Positions 49,659 through 60,641 of a DNA stretch of 64,000 nucleotides are shown here, piece by piece. Made by a program: the position numbers and the translations under genes. Source of the stretch: Glaucostegus cemiculus (taxonomy: Eukaryota). The stretch is from contig CDPCPM010000020.1 in assembly GCA_976551045.1 (NCBI GenBank), positions 2,418,001-2,482,000 on the forward strand, given 5' to 3'. The first letter of the stretch is position 1. Each line of letters begins with the position of its first letter. Below the pieces are notes generated by a model that did no database searches, was not told the DNA's origin, and worked only from the letters and a program-made list of their open reading frames with translations.

Positions 49659-50562
49659 TTTTTTTTTGGTTTTTTTTAAGATGGCGGCGCACACAGTTGC
49701 AGCGGCCTCTCCCAGGTCTGTAGTGCTTGTGTTTTTTTGTTAGTCTTCTAGTGTTTTTTCTGCTTTTTTTCTTGTGTGGTCTTTGTTCCTGATGCTTGTG
49801 TGCTTGGTCTTCGTTTTATGGAGTCGTTGTCGGTACTTACGGCTCCGACGGCTCGTCGGAGCTCATCGGAGGCGGCAGCGTGGCGAAGGCCCTGGAGCCT
49901 CGTGGTGGCGTCGGGATGCGGGCGGTGAGGGGGCTGCTCGGGCCGGAGGTGGTCGGCCTGCGGGGCTGGAGGTCGTCGGACTGCGGAGCCCGGGCCGGAG
50001 GTGGCCTGCGGGGCTGGAGATCGTCGGACTGCGGAGCTGGAATTCGGGGCTGGAGGTCGTCGGACTGCGGAGCCGGAGGTGAAGGAGCCGGGGGTCGTCG
50101 GCCTGGGGGGCTGGAGGTCGTCGGACTGCAGGGCCGGAGGCCGTCGGACTGCGGGGCCGGAGGTGGTCGGACTGTCGGACTGCGGGGCTGGAGGTTGTTG
50201 ATGGTCTGTGGGCCCTGAGGTTGTAGGACTGCGGGGGTTGGAGGCGGTCGTCGGTGCGGGGTGAGGCTGGGGGGCTGTTAATGTTTTGATGTTTTTGTCC
50301 CGGTGTCCTTTATTGTCTTTGATGTCTTTTGCACAGGTAGACGTGAAAGTGACAATAGATAAATTGATTCTGAATTTAATTTCAATCTCCATAGCTTTTA
50401 ATGTATAATGTTTTGTACTGTGTATTCTGCCAAGTGTGTATGTGTCTCTCTGTTGGTTGTTATGTTATTTTTTTTATGGCACGAGCACCTGAGGAGGACG
50501 GTATCTCGCTCCTATGCATACTTTGTATGTATATGGTTGTGACAATAAAACTGATTCTGATT
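49659..50562 (+). mobile_element. Non-coding non-LTR retroposon (possibly a Rex1/Babar-group non-autonomous derivative) inside the 3' LTR
   Basis: TSD CTGAACTG (49651-49658, 50563-50570). Starts with a T-run then AAGATGGCGGC; ends AATAAAA(CTGATT)2. Confidence 0.85.
49930..50260 (+). repeat. GC/CpG-rich imperfect minisatellite
   Basis: Recurrent ~20-30-nt units of type GGGGC(T/C)GGAGGTCGTCGGACTGC. Confidence 0.85.
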
Positions 50563-51109
50563 CTGAACTGAACTTTAAGAACTAATTCCTGGACTTGGAG
50601 TTTAGGAATTTGCCACACACACATGACGAGTAGTTTTGGGGTTATAGTTTAAGATTCTAATATTTTGTTTTGTACTAATATACTAACTTTATGTTCTTAT
50701 TTTACGTGTTATCGGAAGTAGTTATTAATAAAGTAGTTTTAACACTGAAGTACGACTTGTTTTGTTGCTGGTTTCGTAACAATAGCGCAATGCTGGAATG
50801 GATGGCACTATACCACACTATGAAATGTATTGTAATCACATTATAGATTACAAGTAACTAACAAATGAAAAGATGTAAAGGTAATTAAGTCAGTGAAAAC
50901 CAGGTACAGAGCAATATTATTTTAGCACATCAAAGCAGTTTCATACCCTTTTGGGTTCTCACAATAAATCCCTAACTGATACCAGAAGTAAAAATAATAA
51001 GAGGAAACTTCTTTATCTGTATTGTTTGTAACAGAGTCAGAAATGTAGGGAAATTAACTCAGTCCAGTCTGTTGATGACAGTGTATTCTTGACTTGCAAA
51101 CAATTAGTT

Positions 51110-51560
51110 CTAATTACATTTACCTGTCCTGTTCCCATAGTCCGTCATTCACTGTTCCTTTAACGATCAATTGAATCTAATCTTGAATAATGTCTGTCTT
51201 AATCACTGTGAACTCCACAACTCTCACTGTGAAGAATCTGCTCCTGTCCTCTGATGGAAGTCTTACATTTAATTCTGTGTCCAAGACCCGTTGTCCTTGA
51301 CCTCTCAACTACTGGATACAATCTGTCTCTGTCTGCTTTAAGCCAACATTTCAGGATTTTAAATACTTCTATTACATCCACCCAATGATCAGTCTTGTTC
51401 TAGCAAAAAAGGTAAAATGTTGTCTTTCCTCATATTTTTTATTTCTGGTAAAATCTTTCTGAATCTGTGTTAAACTCTCTCAAAAGCCTGCCAATTCTTC
51501 CAACAGTGTGCACCCTCCAAAAGCACACAGTATTCCAACTGAGGTTTTTGTTACAGGGTC
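51110..51560 (-). mobile_element. Old CR1-group 3' fragment
   Basis: ORF 51199-51381 DVIEVFKILK...SRTTG.GHR. Confidence 0.6.
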
Positions 51561-53389
51561 TGGTATTTGGCTTCTGAATTGTACGTACATTAGCTCAGCT
51601 TATCCAGAGATTCTACTCTGCCCCACGCAGTCTGGCATAACCTGCAGATCTATTCCATTTACACTGAGCTTCAGAAAATGAACTGTTATCAGAAACTGGA
51701 TACAATCTAACAACACAACTACAATCCAATAAAGCATTCAAGAATATAATGAATTTACATCATATGCCCTTTGATTGTAAAGTGCTTTGGGACTTTTCAG
51801 AGATGCAATAAGACATTTATGAAAATGTAAGATTTCCTTTTAAAAAAGCTGGAAAGCTACACATGATGACATCACCAAAGGTAGACATACACCTTTCAGA
51901 AATTTCTGATCTCACTCAAAGTACAGGCAGTGGTTTTATTCTTTCCTGTAGAGCAATTGCTACCAGTGACAGAGCTCACAGCACAAGAGCAAGGACAAGT
52001 GAAGGGCAGCACTGAAATTATCTCTTCATTTCCATCCACCAGATGGGGCACAGCTCCATCTATTTACAGCTCTGAAAACACTGTGCTGTATCTCTCAAGT
52101 CTTTGAGCAAAACGCAGCACGTGGGTTAATTAAACAGCTCCATGGCCAGCTCCCCACACAAATTAAATGATAAAATGTTTGTTTCAAAAAAAAAATCACA
52201 CACAGGCTCTAGGTATTGCTGGCAAGGGCAACATTTATTGCCCATCCTTAATTGCCCTTAATTGCCCTTGAGAAGATGGTGGTGCGTGCCTCTGTTAACT
52301 ACTGCAGTCCTTCTGGTGCTGGTTGGTGGGGGGAGGGGGTGGTGGAGTTCCAGGATTCAGACTCAGTGGCGAAGAAGAACCCGGCAATGAGTTTTGAACT
52401 CAGGATGATGTGAGGGGGGCGGTTTTCCCATGTACCTGTTGCCCTTGTCCTTCCAGATGGTAAGGGTGATGGATTTGGGGTATAATGGTACACATTTCAC
52501 TCTATGTTACAGCACAGAAATAGGCCCTTTGGCCTATCATGTCCATTCTGACCATCAAGTACCCTTCTATACTAATCCTATTTTCCAGCACTTTGCCCAT
52601 TGCCTTCTATTCCTTGGCGATCCAAGTGCTCATCCGGATACTTCTTAAATGTTGTGAGAATCTCTGCCTCCATCACTTCCTTGCGCAGTGGACTCCAACC
52701 ACGCTCCAGGTGAAAAAAATTCCTCAGGTCTCCTCGAAACCTCTTTTCGCTCATCCCATACCTACGCCCTTTGGTTGTAGACACTTCTGCTATGGGGATA
52801 AGTTTCTTACTATCTACCCTATCCATGCGCCTCAAAATTTTGTATCCCTCATGCAGGATCCCCTCAGACTCCTCCGCTCCAAGGTAAACAAACCCAGCCG
52901 ATCCAGTCTCTCCTCATAACTGAATCACTCCACCCAAGACAATACCCTGGAGAGTCTCCTCTGCTTCCTCTCCAATGCCATCATATCCTTCCTATAGCGT
53001 AGCAATCAGAACTGTACACAGTATTCCAGCCGTAGCCTAACCAGTCTATTCTAAAATTGTACCAAGACCTCCCTGTCCTCATATTCTGTGCTCCAGATAA
53101 TGAAGTTAAGAATCCAGATACCTTCTTCACCACCTTATGTACCTGTGCTGCCACCTACAGAGATCCTTGGACTTGTACACCGAGGTCCCTCTGTACTCTC
53201 TACACTTTCTGTACTCCTGAAAGGACCTCCTCTCAACAGGCCATTTGCTTCCTTTTTTTCTTTTATCCATATCTCTTGACATCCAGGGCTCCTTGGACTT
53301 GTTGGCCTTACCTTTCACCCTTATGGGGGAACATGTTGGCCCTGTACTCTCACTATTTCACTTCTGAATGACTCCTGCTTGTCAGGTTT

Positions 53390-53570
53390 AGATCCATCCA
53401 CCTTCTTATTCTGGCTTCTGCCCTCTTCCTTTCCAGTCCTGATGAAGGGTCTCGGCCCAAAACGTCGACTGTTTATTTCCCGCCATAGATGCTGCCTGAC
53501 CTGCTGAGTTCCTCCAGCAGTTTTTGTGTATTGCTCCAGATTCCAGGATCTGCAGAACCTCTTGTGTCTC
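53390..53570 (+). mobile_element. Penelope-like pLTR
   Basis: Contains the hammerhead motif and gatgctgcctgacctgctgagttcctccagca...ccagattccaggatctgcag. Confidence 0.85.
53434..53471 (+). ncRNA. Minimal type I hammerhead ribozyme motif (GAAA core mutated to AAAA)
   Basis: CAGTC-CTGATGA-a-GGGTC tc GGCCC-aAAAC-GTC-GACTG: stem I CAGTC/GACTG, core CUGAUGA, stem II, palindromic ACGT stem III, GUC cleavage triplet. Confidence 0.75.
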
Positions 53571-54770
53571 TGACAAAGTTACTGCTCCCAGTCTACTTTT
53601 GCCAGGGCCTTTCTAATGATATCCTGCAACTGTCTGTGACATCCTTGACTCTGGCACCAGGAAGGCAGCACACCATCCTGGACCCATGCCTCCAGTCACA
53701 GAAGCACCTGCTTATTCCCCTTACTGTCAAGTCTCCTACCAATATTTCCCTTGAACTCTTGCTCCTCTCCCTTGTACAGCTGAGCCACACACGGTGCCGT
53801 GATCCTGGCTCTGGCTGGACTCCCCAGAGATACATTCACTCTCACCATTTTCCAACACACAGCCTGTTAAGTTTAACCTTGGTTTTTATAAACAAATCTC
53901 TGCAAAAGATGTCATGACTTTGTTGCTAGAGCAAGTCACTTGAAGAGCTTATAAATTTATGGCATTTAAAAAAAATATTTTAAGCACAGATTGTTTTGGG
54001 TTTCATTGTCTTTCAGTTACACTCCCTCTGATAAAGCCAAGGGCTCATAAGTGACAATACCCAACTCCACTAGGCTTTGTGTTGTAACAAAAAGCAATCC
54101 CTTTATTTCTATATAAGAACAGCATTTGAGATCCCTTTCAGACCAGGTACTCCCAGTTTTCATGACATGCAAGGATTCTACATCTGTCACTGCCTGAGAG
54201 TACTTGGTTTAAAAGGGTTCTTTTCTTTTAGTCTGAAAGGTATTGTTCTTAAAGCCTACTGGAGTTAGCTATTGGTAATTTTTGGACACCTTACTGTATC
54301 AGCTCTGCATTGAAAAGAAGCAGTTTCACGCGTGTAATGCACTCAAGAGGTGACTCAAGTCAGTGACCTGCACAGAATCTAAGAGGTGTGAAACCATTGG
54401 CAGAGTCTAATTGCAGCACGGTGTGAACCAGAGCAAGAACACTGAGCTTCCTCTGAACCATGCAAAGAGATGCAATTTGAAATGAAATTGAAATGGGATT
54501 TGAAGGCACGAGAGAGATTTTCCAGTTGCTGGAATAATGTGAAAGTTAAGCAGAGATCTCACCCTTTAGGTTAAAGGGGAATGTTATGAAAAATAACATA
54601 AAATAATTCAAAACCACTGTATTCCATTTTAAAAATGCTTGTTTTCTCACCAACTCCCTAATCCATCTGCAATTGGCCTCTAACCAAAAACATCCCCACA
54701 AACTGTGACACTGCAGGATTGTTGGAGTTTAACAGTACATGAACTCCAGTTGGCAGCCTGGTTCAATGAA

Positions 54771-55597
54771 TACTATGATGCTGGAGGAACTCAGCAGGCC
54801 AGGCAGCATTCATGGAGAAAAGCAGGCGGTCAATGTTTCGGGTCAGGACCCTTCTTCAGGACTGAAGATAGGGAAAGGGGAAGCCCAATATATAGGAGGG
54901 AAAAGCAGAGCAGGGATAGGTGGACAAGAGAGGGGAGGTGGGGTGGGCACAGGGTGGTGATAGGTAGATGCAGGTAGGAGACAGTGATGGGCAGGTGTGG
55001 GGGAGGAGGGGAGAGCAGGTCCACTGGGGGATGGGTTAAAGGTAAGGAGAAAAGGGAAAAAGGAAACGGTAGAAAAAAAGAGATATGCTAGGAAAGGGAA
55101 GAAGAGAAGAAGCCTGGTTGGGGGGAGGGGTGTGTGGGGATTAAAGTGGGAGAATTCAATGTTTAGGCAACATAAAATGTTAAGTAATCCCCACAACCCT
55201 TCCCCACATCCCCCCTCCCCCCCAACCAGGTTTCTTCTCTTCTTCCCTTTCCTAGCCTATCTTTTTTCTATCCTCCCTTTTACCTTTTAACCCATTTCCT
55301 GGTGGATCTACTCTCCCCTCCTTCCCCACATCACTGCTCATAACTGTCTCTTACCTGCATCTACCTATCACCACCTCGTGCCCACCCTGCCTCCCCTCTT
55401 TTGTCCACCTATCACTGTTCTGTTCTTCCCCCCTATATACTGGGCTTCCCCTTTTCCTATTTTCAGTCCTGAAGAAGGGTCCTGACCCAAAACGTTGACC
55501 GCCTGTTTTTCTCCACGGATGCTGCCTGGCCTGCTGAGTTCCTCCAGCATCATCATGTTTTTCATCTCGATTCCAGTATCTGCAGTCCTTTGTTTCT
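54771..55597. mobile_element. Penelope-like element made of two inverted pLTRs (long palindrome)
   Basis: Arms ~54775-55143 and ~55186-55553. Flanked by ctggttcaatgaa / ctggttcagtgaa (13 bp, 1 mismatch). Centre encodes a PLE-type ORF end NIEFSHF on the minus strand. A hammerhead motif lies in each arm. Confidence 0.88.
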
Positions 55598-55629
55598 CTG
55601 GTTCAGTGAAATAATTACACCATTGGAAA

Positions 55630-55810
55630 TGAAAACTGAAACTGCTGGAAATACTCAGCAGGTCAGGCAGGGTCTGTGGAGAGTTAACATTTCAAGTCCA
55701 GGACCTTTCACTAGAACTGACCTGACCTGACCTTCCGGAACAGAACTTATGAGCTGAGTGTTTCCAGCATTTTCTCTTTTTATTTCAGATTTCCAACATC
55801 TGCTGTTTTT
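55630..55810. repeat. Older short palindromic Penelope-derived element
   Basis: tgctggaaatactcagc ... gctgagtgtttccagca inverted arms. Confidence 0.65.
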
Positions 55811-57821
55811 TTTATTTTTGGCCTAAATTTTAAAACTTTGGCATAACTGTCCTGCAGTGAATTGTATTGAAGGATGCATAGAACAATGCACTTCCAATGC
55901 CTTTGAGTTAATTTGACTAAAATAAAACTATTACTTTATGTAAAAGGAGTACAAAATAAATTTTTGATCTAAATTCCAATTCTCTCATAACGGGCATCTA
56001 TTCATAACCTCTAATAAAGAGCTCTGCTGCCCTCTTCTGTAATTAATAATAACTGCATCACACATGTTCCACACAGTTTGAATATCACCAGTTTGGTTTT
56101 CTGATTATCTCAAAGCATTTTACAACTTTTGAAGCATTGTCACTGTTTTAATGGAGGAAACTTGGCAGTCAATTTGTGCTTCAACTTCAACTGTACTATG
56201 GCAATAGTCAGATAATCTGATTTAGTTGTCACAAATCAAACTGAATCAGAAGAGAGTTAGTAATAAAGTCACAACTGAAACATTAAACAGAATTTATGCA
56301 TCTCGCACAAAATGCACATGTTAAACAATGCAGTGAGAACACTTCCTGTAGATGGGGCAGATGGCAAAGTGTTCTGCGAATGTTAGATGGGAAGGAGAAG
56401 AAAGACACAAAGTCTTTCCAGAAAACTGCTGAGTATGCTTCACAGAAATGCTATTCAGATATCTAAAAATAAGTTCAGTCATTTGAGGGATCATGTTTAC
56501 AGTTACTAAATAAATTTAATTTCAAGTAGTAAATCAGGGGGGAGAGAATCAGGATGAGAGGGGAGATGAGAATATTTTTCTTTCACCCAAACGGTGGTTG
56601 GAGTCTGGAACTCACTGCCTGAAAGACTGGAGGAGGCAGAAACTCCCATCACATTTGAGAAGTACCTGGACCAACATGTGCCATAACCTACTGGCTAACA
56701 GGTGAGAAGTGGATTCAATCTTATAGCTGAAGGATGAACTTTAAAAAAAATACAGCACAACACAGACAGAACTGTCAAAAAAGTAATATTTTTATTTATC
56801 AGGCAGTAATTTGCAAAATTCACTCAGCATGTTCATTTCCAGAAGGAAAAACAACTTAACTTAGACAGATACCTGTTTAATGATGTTGCCTCGTGGTTCC
56901 TGTTGAGAACTGGCCGCTGTTCTTCCTCAGACATCATTCTTCAGCAAGGACTGGGGAGCAAGAACGCCGGCCATCAGCATTAATGGCCCTATCCGAAGGA
57001 ATTTTGTGATGCAGACCTAATATAAGGTCAAGACTTGTCAAAAGCCCTTTTCCTGCCAACATGGTTATGATAAGCCAATTGGACCTAGTCTATAATGGGA
57101 ACTTCTGTGATCCAGTTCTGGGAAGGCAGAAGTGGTCCATACAAAAAGGAAAATCTGCATTGAGCAGCAGTGCCACTGACAGCAAAGCATCACTGAGGGA
57201 AGAGAAAGTTTGTTTACACTATTTTGTACAGGGTTGTTACTGTTTGTTATTCAGCTTTGCTAATGTAGAAACACCTCAGTCCTAATAAGTCAGTGTGAAG
57301 AATTTAATAACAGTTCTGCTAAATGCTCATTTCTTAAGTACCTCTTCTGCAACAACTTCAACTTTCTTAGAATAGTGGTTACTTATCAAACTTACTCAAG
57401 GTCCTTCATCACTAACTTGGAGTAATCCGTGCTGCGGCTGAGCAATAATGAGAGTCAGACAACAGATTTATTTCCAAGTGACTACCTGGGTTGATCATTA
57501 GTTGTGTCTTGCTTAAGACAACAGGTGTTCCAATTGCAGCTGGTGGAGTATTTAGGTGAACCTCAAAGAAGGTGGAAGCAGCAGATGGAGAACAGTAGAG
57601 CTGGGGAGAGAACACAGGCAGAACAAGTAGGTTTAAGAAAGCAAAGGTTTGTGGCATGCGGTTATTGAACTCAAATGCCTCAAGCAATGATCACGCTGTC
57701 CCACAGTGGGATGTCCAGGGCAGTGGTCACTCTGTCCCACAGTGGGACGTCCCAGAGTGGGAGCGAACCAGAGATCGAGAAGGTAATCCTTCTGCGGCTG
57801 GGATGTGGTGGGAAGGGAGCT

Positions 57822-57950
57822 CTCTGAAAGTTGACATTCACTCCCAGGTGGACAGGACCACAGCTGGTGCTACTGACAAATGGCACCCACATCTGTGTTC
57901 AGACCCAGCGTGACAGCCATTGGAAACAGTGGACTCAGGTTCAACCTAAG
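57822..57950 (+). pseudogene. Retroviral-type integrase C-terminus
   Basis: Frame starting 57843 reads PRWTGPQLVLLTNGTHICVQTQRDSHWKQWTQVQP, matching the retroviral PRWxGPxxVLLT...WxHxxxVK pattern. Confidence 0.7.
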
Positions 57951-58029
57951 GACTCATCTTCTTCTCATTCATGCAGACCGGCCGAGGGAGTCAGGTAGGC
58001 CACCGACACTCCCACTGCAGGAAACTCAA

Positions 58030-59325
58030 ATAATGAACACCCGCCTCCTGTTCTCATCTGACTGCTTCTGATAGAACTAGACCTCTGGACACAAGGGAAC
58101 GGGAAGTGACGGACTTGGAGAGGGCGCCGCAACAGACTGCAATGGAAGCGTCGAATCCTTGTAGTGGTACTTTTTATAATTGTAGTTCTGTAATGGAGGC
58201 TGGTGTGGATGTTCAGTGTTTAATGGGACAACTGGGAGAATGACAGGGAAGAGGAACATCTGTCATACATCAGTGTAGGGAAGGGAGGGAAAACTGACAT
58301 GGGAAGGGACATGAATTATGACAAGGGACAGCTTAGATCGGGGACAGCTATGCCAGTTATAAGGAAGGTCTGAGGGGAATACCACAATCTCACACTCGAG
58401 AGTATCAGCACTCGACGTGAGAAGGGTGAGAATCGCAACATCAAATACAGGAAGCTTGTGGCGTTTGAAGGAAACTGGGGGGTGGAAGTCCTGCAATTGG
58501 ATTGGACTGGAGAGGAATAGCAACTTTCTCCACCTCACGGGCCAAGCAGGCCAAGCCAAGAGAGACGGGTCAGGATGTGACTTTATATTACCCTGGATGG
58601 TGAAAGGAAATCGAGGGATATAGACTTGTGCGAGACCAGACACACTCCTATGGCCAACCAGCTTTAAGGAAACAGTAATGCAACCTATCAGAGCATATCA
58701 AAAGCTAGCCACTCCAACCTGGATGGGAGCGATCACCCATGAGCTGGGCGCCTTCAGTTGTAACAGGACACGTTTTTATGTCTCAACAGAGGATACGGCA
58801 CCTGACTGCGGACTTGACTGGGACCCTCAGCCTGGAACTGCAGGATGGAAGTCAGCAAAGGACAGTGACTGGCAGAGCAGGTAACATACTGTGGACAATA
58901 CTGTGTCACCACAATGACTTGGGAGCAATACTGTAGGCAGATTACATGCCATTTCCCTCAAAACACATCAGCTGGGTCAATGAAGAACAAACTTGGGAAG
59001 GAGCAGATGGAAATCATGGCAGAAAATTCCTTAGGGCCACTAACTCCACACATTACCAGTTTTGAACTGACATTCCCAAAGTACCAGAACAGTTAACTGA
59101 ACTCTCAGCACACATAAATGAATCACAAAACAATTATAATACCCTCACAAAGGATGACAAGACCACTAAAAGTGAAATAGCCACCATCTGGGGTGACTCA
59201 GAATGGTGGGACACAGGAATGAACATTCAAATTCCCCCACGGATTCAATTTCCCACATTATTTAGTCAGTAAGTTAGGAATAATCATAAATCTCCTCTAT
59301 ATTAGCTACAGCATTAAGCAGTTTG
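58030..59325 (+). pseudogene. Decayed env-like glycoprotein gene
   Basis: WKRRILVVVLFIIVVL (58143-58190); Cys-rich DCG...NCRMEV...YCGQYCVTT...C; heptad-like PEQLTELSAHINESQNNYNTL; WGDSEWWD; then a hydrophobic LGIIINLLYISY. Confidence 0.55.
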
Positions 59326-59532
59326 GGCACACCAGATACATAGTGTAGATAGGAACAGGTTTTGTAGTCACTTAGGGACTTGCACAGGATTTTTAGTGGG
59401 GACCATTGCAGTCTTAATTGTCCAGAATTGGGTGAGAATTTGTCCAGAATTTGTCTGGGGACAGCATCTCTAAATCAGTGCCCAGGTTTGACCTTCTCGG
59501 GACGGATTTCTGTTCAGGGGGCAACAGGAGGG

Positions 59533-60641
59533 TGTGTTAGGGAGCAGTGAGCCATAGTCGGAGGGTATAAAGTATAATAACCATTAATACAAGCAAGAAC
59601 CCACCTTCAAACCACTCCCAAATGTAATTGGTTTTGAAACAACACGTAAACAAGCCGTGAAGAGAGCAGAATGACTGGGCTCATAGTGGAACTAAAGGGG
59701 TCCTTCTCAGGTTGGTAGTAAGTGACTACCTGAGCTCAGGACCCCAGTTATTCACAATCTGCATCAATGATTTAGTCTAAAGATCCAAGCGTCATATTTC
59801 TGAGTTTGCTACTGATGTGAAACTAAGTAGAAATGTGAGTAGTGGTGAAGAAGCAAAGAGGCTTCAGGGGATATAGACAAGCTGAGTGAGTGGGCAACAA
59901 CATGGCAGATGGAGTACAATGTGGAAGTCCAGGTTATCCACCTTGGAAGGGAAAAAGCAGAGTGGGTATATCGTTAAATGGTGAGAGGGAAATGTTGCTG
60001 AATGGTGGAGCAGCCTCAAGGGACCAAATGTGCTGCTCAGACTTCTATTTCTTATGTTCTTATTCCAAGCAGAATCAAATGACAATGGGGCTGTGTTAAT
60101 TGGCCTACATCATCCAGGCATCAGCAGTATTCAGCTGAGTTGTTTTGCGCCACTGTGACAGAGATCAAGAAAGGTTCCAGAGAAGACTCATTATTTTGTC
60201 ACTTAGCTCATCAAACACGGTCATGTGCATATTGGTTCTGTTAATCAATAATTGGGATACTGTGCACCCAAAGTCAGCACTCACAACACTAATTTTGAAT
60301 GCCAGGGGTTTCTGTCCTCAGCTTTTAGACCATTCAAGTTGAGATTGCTCTCTTGTAAAAGTGTATGTCAGTGGAAGCATTTCTCTACACCCAGAATATT
60401 GAAGTAAACCATGTCATTGTAACTACTGAAATTATATTCAAGCACCTGCTATTATCTGTTAACTAATACTATAAAAACTTGATGTACTTTGTTCAGTGAG
60501 ATTCTCCAGAGATTCCACTGAGAGATTCTCCCAGGGGAAGAGTCTTCCACCAGGTCTTCTCCTGAATGTCTGTTTGTGCTGAATAAAGACCTTTTACATC
60601 GACAACTCCAGTTTTGATGTGGCTCATTCACAGTCACAGCA
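59533..60641 (+). repeat. Possible 3' LTR of the ERV-like relic, interrupted by a CR1 fragment (~59660-60060)
   Basis: Purine tract AGGAGGG then TG at 59533/59535; TATAAAA at 60470, AATAAA at 60582, CA near 60641. No matching 5' LTR seen. Confidence 0.35.

Larger units (their letters stand above)
44040..50781 (+). mobile_element. Gmr1-like Ty3/Gypsy LTR retrotransposon with both LTRs
   Basis: LTRs TGTTACGAA...TTCGTAACA, TSD ATAG (44036-44039, 50782-50785), PBS, PPT, and domain order Gag-PR-IN-RT-RH. Confidence 0.96.
49050..50781 (+). repeat. 3' LTR, interrupted by a 904-bp insertion
   Basis: Preceded by a short purine tract GGGAGG. Without the insertion and one TSD copy it is 820 bp, about 98% identical to the 5' LTR by manual count. 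Confidence 0.96.
52500..53890 (-). mobile_element. Internally deleted or composite CR1 (ORF1 esterase piece, short ORF2 piece, RT C-terminus/3'UTR) interrupted by a Penelope pLTR
   Basis: ORF 53593-53835 (ILVGDLTVRG...MVCCLPGARVKDV), 53127-53318 (KGKANKSKEPWMS), 52578-52835 (FRGDLRNFFH...TFKKY). Confidence 0.75.

Noticed and set aside
49930-50260. Repeat array as a possible CRISPR
   Set aside because: No unique spacers, irregular units, eukaryotic context, no cas genes.
49748-50392. 214-aa Pro/Ser/Arg-rich ORF and overlapping plus-strand ORFs
   Set aside because: By-products of the stop-poor GC minisatellite in the inserted retroposon; open in several frames with no recognisable domain.
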